Shown here in pieces: positions 11,958 to 25,620 of a stretch of 64,000 nt of DNA. A model generated the notes under the pieces. It saw nothing but the letters and a program-made list of their open reading frames with translations, did no database searches and was not told where the DNA came from. Source of the DNA: Octopus sinensis (Eukaryota); contig NC_042998.1 in the NCBI RefSeq assembly GCF_006345805.1, forward strand, positions 23,932,001 to 23,996,000, given 5' to 3'. The number at the start of each line of letters is the position of its first letter. Position 1 is the stretch's first letter. The position numbers and the translations under genes are program-made.

Positions 11958-12615
11958 TCATCATCATCATCATTTAGTGTCTGTCTTCCATGCTGGCATG
12001 GGTTGGACGGTTTGACAAGGAGCCAACCAGCCAGAGAATTGCACCAGGTGCCATTGTCTGCTTATGCGTTTTGTACGTATGTGTGTGTTTATGTATGTGT
12101 GTGTTTATGAATGCCTGGGAACTATCTGAAGGATTGGAATATTAGGATACTATCATCATTTAGTGTCTATCTTCCATGCTGGCATGGGTTGGACGGTTTG
12201 ACAAGGAGCTAACCAGCCAGAGAACTGCACCAGGTGCCATTGTCTGTTTATGTGTTTATTAGTGGAGTGCTAAGAGCACCATCCGAGCATGATTGTTGCC
12301 AGAGCAGCTAACTGACTTCCGTGCCAATGGCACATAAAAAGTACCATTCGAGCGTGATTGTTACCAGCATCGCCTTACTGGCACTTGTGCCAGTGGAATG
12401 TGAAAAACATTTGAGTGAGGTCGTTGCCAGTGCCACTGGACTGGCTCCTGTGCAGGTGGCATGTAAAAAAACACCATTTTGAGCATGGCCGTTGCCAGTA
12501 CTGCCTGATTGTCTCTCATGCTAGTGGCACGCAAAAGCACCCACTACACTCTTGGAGTGGTTGGTGTTAGGAAGGGCATCCAGCTGTAGAAACTCTGCCA
12601 GATCAAGATTGGAGC
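11958..12615. mobile_element. RTE cluster: two minus-strand tails and a plus-strand 3' UTR array
   Basis: CATCATTTAGTGTC..CCATGCTGGCATGGGTTGGACGG twice (about 11960 and 12155); about 4 diverged 60-bp modules then tail start at 12270-12615. Confidence 0.8.
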
Positions 12616-12617
12616 CT

Positions 12618-12718
12618 GGTTTGGTGGAAGATTTTAATTCAAAACTTATGAAAACAAGACATTTGTACTCAGAACCAGAGCCAGTTTCAGCCAGGTTGGT
12701 AAAGAAAGGGTTAAAAGA
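12618..12718 (-). mobile_element. End of a TTAA-CCC (piggyBac-like) non-autonomous element
   Basis: Ends AAAGGGTTAA; a related start TTTAACCTTTTTGATACCAACC occurs near 30948. Confidence 0.4.
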
Positions 12719-12729
12719 AATATGATAGT

Positions 12730-12955
12730 TCACAAAACATTCCTTCAGAATCAGATTCCAAAGGGCGAAAATAGAGAAGAAACTTGAATAATATCTGTCA
12801 CTTGTATTTTGAACCCTTGTCAGTCAGCAGCTGGTCTTAAAAGTTATCTAAGGGCTCATCAACAGAGTGATTGTACTGTGATGGGATGTGGTGTGTGTGT
12901 GTTGATAAGACGGCTATCACCTCCCAAGATGAAGCAATCATCATGTATATATGTA
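12730..12955 (+). pseudogene. Degenerate LINE C-terminal C2H2-like zinc finger
   Basis: Frameshifted ICHL/PCQSAAGLKSYLRAHQQ with an upstream stop, followed by a CATCAT tail; best read as an RTE-like 3' relic. Confidence 0.35.
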
Positions 12956-13154
12956 TGCATACCCCATCATTTCTTAAAACTGAAATAGCACATTAACTGC
13001 TATTGTAGCCCCTAAATAACCGTAAAGAGATAGAATGGCCTTGATTGGGAATCAGACATAAGTGTGCTTGATCATGTTTGACCTATGACTATACGACAAC
13101 AACATGGATGATTGTGAATAATTGTGACAGGATGATATACATGAATAATAGGCA

Positions 13155-13490
13155 CAGGAGTGGCTGTGTGGTAAGTAGCTTGTGGCACCTTGGGCAAGTG
13201 TCTTCTACTGACCAAAGCTTTGTGAGTGGATTTAGTAGATGGAAACTGAAAGAAGCCCATCATATGTGTGTGTGTGTATGTTTGTGTTTGTATTTGTCCC
13301 CTCACCATCGCTTGACAACTGATACTGGTGTGTTTACATCCCCATAACTTAGCAGTTCAGCAAAAGAGACCGATAGAATAAGTACTAGGCTTACAAAGAA
13401 TAAGTCCTGAGGTCGATTTGTTCGACTAAAGGCAGTGCTCCAGCATGGTCGCAGTCAAATGACTGAACCAAGTAAAAGAATAAAAGAATG
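13155..13490 (+). mobile_element. SINE-A with deletion in the tRNA part
   Basis: Same consensus; the B-box segment is missing. Confidence 0.85.
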
Positions 13491-14671
13491 AATGTTCATA
13501 GGTCTAAATTACACTTTGCTAATGGTTCCTTACTAAATTACTTACAACAGATGTACAATTAAAATCCTCAATGAACGACACTACTTTCTTTTCAGGAAAG
13601 AGTTCTTCAGAGGTATTATATATATAAAACAATGCTAATATAAGTATATCCATGTATGAAACTAAAACTCTAAATGACAAAATAAAATTGATAAGAGATA
13701 ATCCTTAGCATGAATAAAAATAAGGATAATTTATCCACATGGGTTTGGTTCAAAATTCCAGGAATGTCACTGAATTAAAAGTAACTGGAAGCAGGCCAGC
13801 CAGAGAGTGAGAGTAAAGGGTGAAACATTGTAAGTGAAAGAACAAAGATGAAAATAATTTTAATATATAATAACAGCAATTTATCATCTCAAATTCAAAC
13901 AAACTTTATACTTATATATATTTATGTGTGTGTGTATGTGTATGCTTCTATGATATATGTATATATATGTATATATGTATATATATTTATGTATATATAT
14001 TTATGTATGTATGTATGTATGTATGTATGTATATGTATGTATATATATGTGTTGACACACTCATAATTAATCTTATATCTTTGTTAAAATAAATATGTTT
14101 TGGCATAGATGTATATGTGGACATAGAACTGTCTTTATGGGTTGGTATTTGCATATAAATCATTGTCTATACGTGTTTGTAGTATATGTAGATCTAATAC
14201 AAAATAACACAGTGTATTCATAATTTACTTAGAATCAAAACTTCAAGTTGTTTTTTTTCATTTATTTTACTTTTTTTTTTTACTGTATTTGATTATATAT
14301 ATATATTATATATATATATACACACATATGTATAATATGTGTGTGTGTGTATGTTTTTTAGCCATTGAAGAGATTCATGATTGAAGAATCCTTTTTATTT
14401 TAGAAATATATTTCAAAAGGTGAACAGTGGTCGATATTCAGAAAGATTTTTTCTGAAGCAAAAAAAAAAAAAAAAAAAAAATAAAATAATAATAATAATA
14501 ACAACAACAACAGCAATAACAAAACAAACAAAAAATAAAGTAAAATAGAATCGATGAATTGAAGATATAAAAGAAGTTTGATGTTATGTTTGGTTATTTC
14601 AACTGATTTATTAAAGAAAAATTTCTATAAAAGTAGTCATTTCATAAATTTAAAATATTACCAAAAATTAC

Positions 14672-14771
14672 NNNNNNNNNNNNNNNNNNNNNNNNNNNNN
14701 NNNNNNNNNNNNNNNNNNNNNNNNNNNNNNNNNNNNNNNNNNNNNNNNNNNNNNNNNNNNNNNNNNNNNNN
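14672..14771. other. Assembly gap (100 N)
   Basis: Direct reading. Confidence 1.
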
Positions 14772-14815
<44 letters not shown>

Positions 14816-17170
14816 ATATTCATATATATGGTGTATATATATATGTGTGTATATATACACAAATATATATATATACACATACACATACACACACACACAC
14901 ATACATATACATGTGTATCTGTCTGTGTCTGTGTGTCTGTCTGTGTTAGTGTATGTATGCATGAATGAGATTTTATGCTTAAAGTACGAAAGCTCAGAGA
15001 AGACACAAATTATACGCATATACAAATAGATGTTGATGATGGATGAGGCGTAAGATAGAAGACGGTGCGGTGCGCCTCATCTTCCCAGTTACTCTCATCC
15101 TACCACCACCACCACTGCCACCACCACCACCACCACCACCACCGTCACCACCATCACCACCACCACCGCCACCACCACTATTACAGTTGTCAACATCTTT
15201 TGTGATAAGAACGTATCCTATCGTGATATTACAAATTTATTTCTCTATATAAGTGCTCGGCGTATTCATTATACTCACCTACATTTACAAAGTAATATCG
15301 AGTTATATCATTCGTTATGGTTCCCTCTTTTCTAACGAACGCACATACACATGCACACACGCGCGCGTGCATTGAAGCGTGGAATAAACTACCCGCATCA
15401 GTTGTTAGCTGTCGAGACACTACATCCTCCAAAACTTCCATGCTTCCTGAAATCCGCCAACAGCACACCTGATGGCCTTTTTCTTTCTTATTTCTTTTCT
15501 TAGTTATAGTGTACCTGAGCACTGTAGCACTGTATACAGCAATTTCTTTCATATATCGTATTTCATATCATACATGTGTACATTATATGCATATTTACGT
15601 GCTATATACATACATACATTACATACATACATACATACATACATAATACATATATATTATATAGATATATAGATATATATATATAATATATATAAATAAA
15701 GGTAATCCAAACAAGAAAGCACAAAAAAAACAACAACGCGGGAGACCGTGGAACAAATATAGTATTATTGGACGCTCAGGAAAGAAGGAAGAAGGAGGGT
15801 TAACGTTTCGAGCGGAGCTCTTCGTCGGAAAGATCCAGAGAAGGGAAGACAGAGGAAAAAGAATCGCCAACGGTACACACGCGGTCACATTTTGAAAAAA
15901 AAAAATATTATTCGGCAAATGCCACATAGAGGAAGCTCTCAGTAATAACAGTGTAGCAAAACCGCGGTGCCCCAGCATGGCCGCAGCTCTGAGTTGAAAC
16001 TGATAATACTATATTTGTGTATATATATATGTGTGTATATATACACAAATAATATATATAAAACATACACATACCACACACCCACATACATATACATGTG
16101 TATCTGTCTGTGCTGTGTGGTCTGTCTGTGTTAGTGTATGTATGCATGAATGAGATTTTATGCTAAAGTACGAAAGCTCAGAGAAGACACAAATTATACG
16201 CATATCCAAATAGATGTTGATGATGGATGAGGCGTAAGATAGAAGACGGTGCGGTGCGCCTCATCTTCCCAGTTACTCTCATCCAACCACCACACCACTG
16301 CCACCACCACCACCACCACCACCCCGCCACCACCACCACCACCACCACCGGCCACACCACTATTACAGTTGTCAACATCTTTTGTGATAAAACGTATCCT
16401 ATCGTGATATTACAAATTTATTTCTTATATAAGTGCTCGGCGTCTTCATTATACTCACCTACATTTACAAAGTAATATCGAGTTATATCATTCGTTATGG
16501 TTCCCTCTTTTCTAACGAACGCACATACCATGACACACACGCGCGCGGGCATTGAAGCGTGGAATAACTAAGACCCGCATCAGTTTTTAGCTGTCGAGAC
16601 ACTACATCCTCCAAAACTTCCATGCTTCCTGAAATCCGCCAACAGCACACCTGATGGCCTTTTTCTTTCTTATTTCTTTCTTTTCTTAGTTATAGTGTAC
16701 CTGAGCACTGTAGACACTGTATACAGCAATTCTTTCATATATCGTATTTCATATCATACATGTGTACATTATATGCATATTTACGTGCTATATACATAAC
16801 ATACATAACATACATACATATATTTATATATATAGATATATTATATATATATATAATAAAGGTAATCCAAACAAGAAAGCACCAAAAAAAAACAACACGC
16901 GAGGACGTGGAACAAATATAGTATTATTGGACGCTCAGGAAAGAAGGAAGAAGGAGGTTTAACGTTCGAGCGGAGCTCTTCGTCGGAAAGATCCAGAGAA
17001 GGGAAGACAGAGGAAAAAGAAGAATCGCCAACGGTACACACGCGGTCACATTTTGAAAAAAAAAAAAATATTATTCGGCAAATGCCACATAGAGGAAGCT
17101 CTCAGTAATAACAGTGTAGCAAAACCGCGGTGCCCCAGCATGGCCGCAGCTCTGAGTTGAAACTGATAAT
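14772..17170. repeat. About 1.2 kb tandem duplication (14772-15997 and about 16010-17170)
   Basis: Same order of (CCA)n element, PLE-type repeat and SINE-A tail fragment; copies differ largely by small indels. Confidence 0.95.
15797..15833 (-). ncRNA. Hammerhead-like motif, CCGACGA core (duplicate at 16956-16991)
   Basis: Minus: TCTTT CCGACGA A GAGC tcc GCTC GAAA CGT T AACCC; stem I only 2 bp. Confidence 0.55.
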
Positions 17171-17214
17171 ACATATATGTGTATATATATATATATTATT
17201 TTATTCTTTTCTTT

Positions 17215-17426
17215 TATTTGTTTGTTTGTTTCAGTCATTTGACTGCGGCCATGCTTGAGCACGGCCTTTAGTCAAGCAAATCAACTTCAAGGACTGTAAG
17301 TCCTAGTACTTATTTGTAAGCCTAGTACTTATTCTATCGGTCTCTTTTGCCGAGCCGCTAAGTTATGGGGACGTAAACACACCAACATCGGTTGTCAAGC
17401 GACGGTGGCGGGACAAACACAGACAC

Positions 17427-17480
<54 letters not shown>

Positions 17481-17643
17481 GGCGCAGGATGGCTGTATGG
17501 TAAGTAGCTTGCTAACCAACCACATGGTCCCGGGTTCATCCCACTGCGTGGCATCTTGGGCAAGTGTCCTCTGCTATAGTCTTGGGCCGACCAAAGCCTT
17601 GTGAGTGGATTTGGTAGACGGAAACTGAAAGAAGCCTGTCGTA

Positions 17644-17687
<44 letters not shown>

Positions 17688-17889
17688 GTGTGTGTGTGTA
17701 TATATGTTTGTGTGTCTGTGTTTGTTCCTCTAGCATTGTTTGACAACTGATGCTGGTGTGTTTTTCGTCCCCGTCACTTAGCAAAAGTACTGGGCTTACA
17801 AAGAATAAGTCCCGGGGTCGATTTGCTCGACTAAAGGCGGTGCTCCAGCATGGCCGCAGTCAAATGACTGAAACAAGTAAAAGAAAGAA

Positions 17890-17890
<1 letters not shown>
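17215..17890. mobile_element. SINE-A pair: minus tail half (17215-17430) and plus copy (17481-17890)
   Basis: Same consensus, separated by (TA)n. Confidence 0.9.
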
Positions 17891-17923
<33 letters not shown>

Positions 17924-18289
17924 GCATCTACTTAAATATTACATTTATACCTACGTACACATATATGTATGTATGTGATGATTAAGTAGATGCCTAGTTA
18001 AAAATTAAACTGGAAGAACCACAATTTAAGTACAGCACTCAATAACATAGAGATTAAATATACGTTTCTTCAGATGATGGCACTTAAAAGACTGGTTGAA
18101 TTTCTTTTGCGTTCTGAAACTCGAAACAAATACGGCTAAGCTCATGAGTGCTGTTAGCTGTGTAAGTGCATGAGTGCATGTGTCCTATGTGAGTATTTGT
18201 GAGTGTGTGTGTTTTGTTATGCATGGGAGTTGAAAGAATAAGCAGATTTCAGTAGAAGCTTCGATAGAGCTTTATTAACCGAGCTAAAT

Positions 18290-18672
18290 CTGTGCTTCCA
18301 AATAACACGGTTCTGGGATCATTCCCATTGTGTGGTACCTTGAGAAAGTGTCTTCTGCTATATATAACCTCGAACCGACCAAAGCCTAGCGCGTGGATTT
18401 GCTTGATGGAAACTAAAAGAAGCCCGACGTATACATATGTGCATATGTGTGTGTGTGTGTTTGTGTCTGTGTTTTTCTCCCATCTCCACTTGACAACCGG
18501 CGTTGGTGTGTTTATGTCCCTGTAACTTAAGCGGTTTGTCAAAAGAAACCTACAGAATAAATATTAGGTTTAAAAAGTAAGAACTGGGGTCATTCATTCA
18601 ATTAAGAGTTCTTCAATGCTTTGCTCCAGCATGGCCGCAGTCTAATTACTGAAATAAGAGAAAGTAAAAGAA
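18290..18672 (+). mobile_element. SINE-A, diverged
   Basis: Same consensus. Confidence 0.75.
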
Positions 18673-18872
18673 AAGCATTAGATAAAACCTTGTAACTCAT
18701 GTGCAGCTGAAACCTACGAATTTTCTTTTCTTTTCTTAAAATGAATACTTCGAAAGAATCTTAGCATGCCTGGTGTATAACATGCAATTTTTTTCACCAT
18801 GATACAGCAAAAGAGCAAACATTAGTCTAAATACCACATGAATACTTATCACTAAATTTAAAATCTCCAAAG

Positions 18873-19272
18873 CGTAGCTGTGTGGTAAGTAGCTTCCTTA
18901 CCAACCACATGGTTTCGGGTTCAGTCCCACTTCGTGGCACTTTGGGCAAGTGTCTTCTGTTATAGCCTCAGGCCGACCAAAGCCTTGTGAGTGGATTTGA
19001 TAGACGGAAACTGAAAGAAGCTCGTCGTATATATGTATATATGTATGTATGTGTGTGTATATGTTTGTGTGTCTGTGTTAGTCCCTCCAACATTGCTTGA
19101 CAACCAAAGCTGGTGTGTTTACATCCCTATAACTTAGCAGTTCAGCAAAAGAGACTGAGAGAATAAGTACTAGGCTTACAAAGAATAAGTCCTGGGGTTG
19201 ATTTTCTTGACTAAAAGCGGTGCTCCAGCATGGCCACAGTCAAATGACTGAAATAAGTAAAAGAGTAAAAGA
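18873..19272 (+). mobile_element. SINE-A
   Basis: Same consensus. Confidence 0.9.
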
Positions 19273-19509
19273 ATATAACAGGATTTCAAAAGCAATGTTA
19301 CAGGAATCTCATCCATTACAGGAATAACGCGTTCTTGAAAATAAAAACACTTGTTGTAACGCGAAATCTCGTTGGTCGAAATTAATTTTCCCATTGATTT
19401 TCATGTTATGAATTCATAATGCTTTCTGACGAACGGTTACTGAAGAGAAAAAGAAAAGGAAAGAAAAGCAACAAAATAAAAGTAAAAGCAACAGGACCAC
19501 TTGTGAGCA

Positions 19510-19511
19510 TG

Positions 19512-19554
<43 letters not shown>

Positions 19555-19580
19555 TAATAATAATAATAATAATAATAATG

Positions 19581-19620
<40 letters not shown>

Positions 19621-20170
19621 TAATAATAATGATAATAATGATAATAATAATGATAATAATAATAATAATGATAATAATAATAATAATGATAATAATAATA
19701 ATGATAATAATAATGATAATAATGATAATAATAATGATAATAATAATAATAATGATAATAATAATAATAATGATAATAATAATAATGATAATAATAATGA
19801 TAATAATGATAATAATAATGATAATAATAATAATAATGATAATAATAATAATAATGATAATAATAATAATGATAATAATAATGATAATAATGATAATAAT
19901 AATGATAATAATAATAATAATGATAATAATAATAATAATGATAATAATAATAATGATAATAATGATAATAATGATAATAATAATGATAATAATAATAATA
20001 ATGATAATATAATAATAATGATAATAATAATAATGATAATAATAATGATAATAATGATAATAATATGATAATAATAATGATAATAATAATAATGATAATA
20101 ATAATAATAATGATATAATAATGATAATATAATGATAATAATAATAATGATAATAATAATGATAATAATG

Positions 20171-20201
<31 letters not shown>

Positions 20202-20212
20202 TAATAATAATG

Positions 20213-20243
<31 letters not shown>

Positions 20244-20372
20244 TAATAATAATGATAATAATAAATAATAATAATAATAATAATGATAATAATAATGATA
20301 ATAATAATGATAATAATAATAATGATAATTAATAATGATAATAATGATAATAATAATATAATGATAATAATG

Positions 20373-20418
<46 letters not shown>

Positions 20419-20495
20419 TAATAATAATGATAATAATGATAATAATGATAATAATAATGATAATAATAATAATGATAATAATAATGATAATAATG

Positions 20496-20526
<31 letters not shown>

Positions 20527-20604
20527 TAATAATAATGATAATAATAATGATAATAATGATAATAATAATGATAATAATAATAATGATAATAATAATGAAT
20601 AATG

Positions 20605-20635
<31 letters not shown>

Positions 20636-20839
20636 ATAATAATGATAATAATAATGATAATAATAATGATAATAATGATAATAATAATGAATAATAATAA
20701 TGATAATAATAATAATGATAATAATAATGATAATAATAATGATAATAATGATAATAATAATGATAATAATAATAATGATAATAATAATGATAATAATGAT
20801 AATAATAATAATAATAATAATAATAATGTAATAATAATG

Positions 20840-20870
<31 letters not shown>

Positions 20871-21092
20871 TATAATAATGATAATAATAATATAATAATA
20901 ATAATAATGATAATAATAATGATAATAATAATGATAATAATAATAATGATAATAATAATGATAATAATGATAAAATAATAATATGATAATAATGATAATA
21001 ATAATAATATAATAATAATAATAATAATAATAATGATAATAATAATGATAATAATGATAATAATGATAATAATAATAATAATGATAATAATG

Positions 21093-21123
<31 letters not shown>

Positions 21124-21140
21124 TAATAATGATAATAATG

Positions 21141-21183
<43 letters not shown>

Positions 21184-21190
21184 TAATAAT
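19510..21190. repeat. 1.7 kb (AAT)n/(GAT) microsatellite
   Basis: Direct reading; produces the 611-aa poly-I false ORF. Confidence 0.98.
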
Positions 21191-21249
21191 AATTTCTAAT
21201 TTATACTGCATACACAGTATAATATGCATATATAAAAGCATTTGAAGAG

Positions 21250-21445
21250 AAATACCTCAGGGTTAGCACTCATAGAGAAATAATTGTAATATCATGATAG
21301 GATACGTTCTTATCACAAAAGATGTTGACAACTGTAATAGTGGTGGTGGTGGTGGTGGTGGTGGTTGTGGTAGGATGAGAGTTACTGGGAAGATGAGGGG
21401 CACTATCTTCTATCTTATAGCTCATCCATCATTAACATCTATTTA
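21250..21445 (-). repeat. Dispersed copy of the (CCA)n-containing element at 15020-15260
   Basis: Reverse-complement match including GATAGGATACGTTCTTATCACAAAAGATGTTGACAACTGTAATAGTGG. Confidence 0.8.
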
Positions 21446-21595
21446 AAGGAATAAAGAACTTATCCAGAATTGATTGACGTTTATGATGCATCATCTCTTT
21501 GTGCTAGTCTGTGTAGGAACGGAGCTCATTGTAAACTCATTTTGTAATTTTTATGTTACATTCATGGTTAAGGCTGTCATCGGGAAAGAAGCCTG

Positions 21596-21854
21596 TTTCC
21601 CAGCTACATGGTTCCGGGTTCAGTCCCACTGCGTGCCACCTTGAGTAAGTGACTTCTACTATAGCCTTGGGTCGACCAAAGCCTTGTGAGTGGATATGGT
21701 AGAGGGAAACTGAAAGAAGCCCATCGTATACCCGTTTAATACAATGATTGCATTGTAATTAAAAACATTTATGTATTAAGAATTTGGGTACTTTAGCAAC
21801 AGTATATTGGATAAATACTATCCCTTAGTGGGTTACAGCCATAACCCCTAACTT

Positions 21855-21894
<40 letters not shown>

Positions 21895-22115
21895 GGTGTA
21901 TACATTTATGTGTGCCTTTGTGTCTGTGTTTGTCCTCCACCACCGCTTGACAACCTGCACTGGTGTGTTTATGTCCCCGTAACTTAGCAGTTCACCAAAA
22001 AACACCGATAGAATAAGTACTAAGCTTTAAAAATAGATCCTGGGGTTGATTTACTTTACAGAAGCCCTTTAAGGCAGTGCCCCAACATATAGCTGCAGTA
22101 GAATGACAGAAACAA
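21596..22115 (+). mobile_element. SINE-A split by an intervening segment
   Basis: Head part to about 21730, tail part from about 21900. Confidence 0.7.
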
Positions 22116-22529
22116 GCAAAAGATCAATATATTACTCCGTAAGTGCTAATTCTTTAGCAATATTCTTTGTATTCAATTCAAGGGAAATTGGTAGAATTTT
22201 CGTATTCTCAACTGAATTCTCAGCTTGCTGCTGTTCTGAAAGCATTAGCATCTCGTTAGATAAACTTTCTCTATGGGATACAAACAGTTTAACCATGAAT
22301 TAATCTCTATGATTGCTATATCTTTACATTAATATATATGCATACACACAGATATATATATATGCTGAAGCTGAATGTGCCCCCGAGGGATTTTCATTCA
22401 TTTATATTACACAATCCATTTAGACATCATTTATATAACTTAAATATCGATTGTTTACACGTATTATCTCTGTATTGTTGTCAGCACATTGGTACAATAA
22501 AAAATCTGAGTAACTTAGAAAATTAATTT

Positions 22530-23120
22530 GGCGTGTTTGACTTCAAAGCTTCATCAGTTGGTAGTTGCCTGGTCCTGGGATTTCTTATTTGTTGTTGATG
22601 AGCATGTATTCCTTTCCGCAAAGTTGATATCGTTTGTCATTTATAATCTTTGTTATTGTTACATCCATTATATTAAATATATTTCTTGATGCATATCGGA
22701 AGTGTCCCGATATAAATTCCTATATTGCAGCTTCAATGAAATTAATGTAGATTCTGCCGTTCTTCCTAATTTTCTTACTGTTAGAGTTGAAATTTTAGTG
22801 AATTATTCAATGCTGGTTAATATTTCCTTTGAATTGTTTCATTTTTCCTTACATTTTGCATTTTTTTTTGGCCATGGTATATTATAAGCAAGACTGTAGG
22901 CTTCTGTATTTCTTGGATTATGTGTTAGTACCTAGGGCAAATTATTGAGTTTCAAAAGTGAATTTTACCTTTCACAGTTTGGCATGCTCTATTAAACTGA
23001 ATTAATGTTGCTGGGTACTATCTTTTTTAATTCTCTTAAGTCATTATCTTGATCTTAATTTTACGGTTTCTTTTTTCCAAATTAAATTTTATATTCATTC
23101 TTGTATGACAAGAAACAAAT
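22530..23120 (-). pseudogene. Penelope-like element relic (RT thumb and GIY-YIG endonuclease)
   Basis: Broken minus frames: VLTHNPRN; YNGCNNNKDYK*QTISTLRKGIHAHQQQIRNPRTRQLP, resembling the PLE C..C...YIGQT..LR.R...H.QQI motif. Confidence 0.6.
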
Positions 23121-23175
23121 AGCCAAGTATTTTTTAGAGTCTGTTGGTTTTAAGTTACTGCCGGTTTCCATTTTC

Positions 23176-23612
23176 AACTCTCTTTTACTTGTTTCAGCCA
23201 TTTGACTGTGGCACCTCCTTTAGTCGAGCAAATCGACCCCAGGACTTATTCTTTGTAAGCCTAGTACTTATTATATCAGTCTCTTTTGCTGAACCGCTAA
23301 GTTACAGGGACGTAAACACACCACCATCGGTTATCAAGCGATGGGGGGGACAAACACAAACACATAAACATATACATACACACACATACATACATACATA
23401 TATATATATATATATTTAATACATATACACGACGGGCTTCTTTCAGTTTCCATCTACCAAATCCACTCACAGGGCTTTCATCGGCCCGAGGCTATAGTAG
23501 AAGACACTTGCCCAAGGTGCCACGTAGTGGGACTGAACCTGGAACCATGTGGTTCATAAGCAAGCTACTTACTACACAGCTACTCCTATGGCTATACTTA
23601 CCACACAGCCCT
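23176..23612 (-). mobile_element. SINE-A
   Basis: Same consensus, reverse. Confidence 0.9.
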
Positions 23613-23858
23613 TTAAATGTCTAAAATATTCAAAGAGGTATTTTTTAAAACTATTTTTACATCTTAAAATGAATATTGTTTTTAGACTTTTGGTGTTGAT
23701 CAGGATTGTATATAAATGTGATAAAGCAACCATTCAAGTATCATTTTCAGGCTTCTAATGAATTTCTATGGAACTTGTTACCATATTTTGATCTGGCCCG
23801 TTCATATATTTGTACTTGTCAGTACGCCATGACTAATTTAGCGTAAGTTGTTATCTCT

Positions 23859-24380
23859 TTGGTGGGTTTAGTTCACTTTGAACTTTTAAACCCAAACCAA
23901 ATGATAACAAAGGAGATCTACCGCGAGCAGCTTGAGCGGCTCAAGTCAGTGGTAAAAGAAAATCGACCATCTTTGGTTTCAAGACGAAAGGTGTTCTTCC
24001 ATCAGGATAATCCTCGACCACATACAGAGAGGATGACATTCCAAAGGCTGGAGCAATTTGAATGGGAAACGATGCCCCACCTATCATATTCGCCGGTCAT
24101 TTCTCCATCTGATTATCATTTATTCCACAGTCTTCAAAATCATTTGGACAGAAAAAAAATATAAATTCTGTAGACGAGGTCAGAAGAGTAGTGGAGGAGT
24201 ATTTATCGTCATAGATAAGTAAAATTTGGAAGAGAGGCCTTGCAAGTCAACCAGATAGATGGAAGAACATTGTAGAAAATGAAGAAGAGTATATTTTAGA
24301 TTAGAGAACTTTGTTTATCTTAATTTTGAAAAATAAAAGAATAAAAAATACCCACATTGTTTATGGGATGACCGAATATA
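23859..24380 (+). mobile_element. Mariner (D,D34D) transposase relic with right TIR
   Basis: HQDNPRPH...YSPVISPSDYHLF with 34 residues between the Asp residues; frameshift near 24160; ends TTTATGGGATGACCGAA|TA. Confidence 0.9.
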
Positions 24381-24387
24381 TATATAT

Positions 24388-24620
24388 ATTTCTTTACTAC
24401 CCACAAGGGGCTAAACACAGAGGAGACAAACAAGGACAGACAAAGGGATTAAGTCGATTACATCGACCCCAGTGCGTAACTGGTACTTAATTTATCGACC
24501 CCGGAAGGATGAAAGGCAAAGTCGACCTCGGCGGAATTTGAACTCGGAACGTAGCGGCAGACAAAATACGGCAATGCATTTCGCCCGGCGTGCTAACGTT
24601 TCTACCAGCTCGTCGCCTTT
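24388..24620 (-). mobile_element. SINE-B (tRNA head GAGCTGGCAGAAACGTTAG...GAGTTCAAATTCC; central GCCTTTCATCCTTTCGGGGTCGAT)
   Basis: A/B-box-like head; about 10 copies in the window. The central domain recalls MetaSINE-type domains (unverified). Confidence 0.9.
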
Positions 24621-24639
24621 TTATATATATAGATATGTT

Positions 24640-24800
24640 GGGCTTCAACCCTGTTTCTGTCCACTAAATTCACTCACAAGGCTTTGGTCGACCCAAAGCA
24701 ATAGTAGAAGACACTTACCCAAGGTGCCACGCAATGGGACTGAACCCGGAACCATGTGATTGGGAAGCAAGCATCTTACCACATGCCCATGTCTGCACCT
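24640..24800 (-). mobile_element. SINE-A 5' half
   Basis: Same consensus, reverse. Confidence 0.8.
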
Positions 24801-25412
24801 AAGTTTCGATTGTAGTTAGACCTGTATAAAATTGCCTTTGGGTTATAATTTCTATTCCTTTGTGTAAATTTGTTTCACCTTATTTTGATAAATATTCCAT
24901 CATGAGGAAAACATAATTTTTGTTTCTTCTGATAAAGTTGTTTCCTTGTCGAAAATTTTCTGGAATTAATGTAATTTTTTGTATCCATGACGACAATAAA
25001 TTTGCCTGTTTTGGTAAGTTGTGTTTTTAAATTTTCTTTATGAATGATTTATCAGCATTTTATGCCTTTTTAAATTCGGTTTCGCAATTACTGAGCGGTA
25101 CTTTTTATAGACTTTTCAAAATATACAAGAGTAGAACAATATACGATGCCTGCAGAGAATCAGTGTGTATTGATATACCACTTCATAATGATCTTAAATT
25201 AAGCGGATTACTCTTGCAAAACACATAGACTCGGTAAATTCTTTTGAAACCTTTTCTACAACACATTCTGAATTTCATATGAATTGACTCTGACATCTTA
25301 AAACCAACACTAGAAGAAAATAAAAAATAAAATAGAAACAGACAGAACACCACAGACATATGTATTAATGGGTATCGAAATGTGATATCGAAAATTTTTT
25401 CAACATATTATA

Positions 25413-25575
25413 GGCGTAGGAGCGCTGTGTGGTAAGTAGCTATTTACGAACCACACGGTTCCAGGTTCAGTCCTACTGTGTGGCACCTTGGGTAAGTGTC
25501 TCCTACTATAGCCTCAGGCCAACCAAAGCCTTGTGAGTGGATTTGGTAGGCGGAAACTGAAAGAAGCCCATCGTA

Positions 25576-25620
<45 letters not shown>

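Noticed and set aside
19406-21241. 611-aa ORF, and similar ORFs at 11030, 34805, 49004, 50396 and 58889
   Set aside because: Translations of stop-free microsatellites (poly-I, IY, HT); no coding signal.
22137-22298. 54-codon minus-strand ORF (MVKLFVSHRESLSNEML...)
   Set aside because: Short, no recognisable domain, adjacent to transposon debris.
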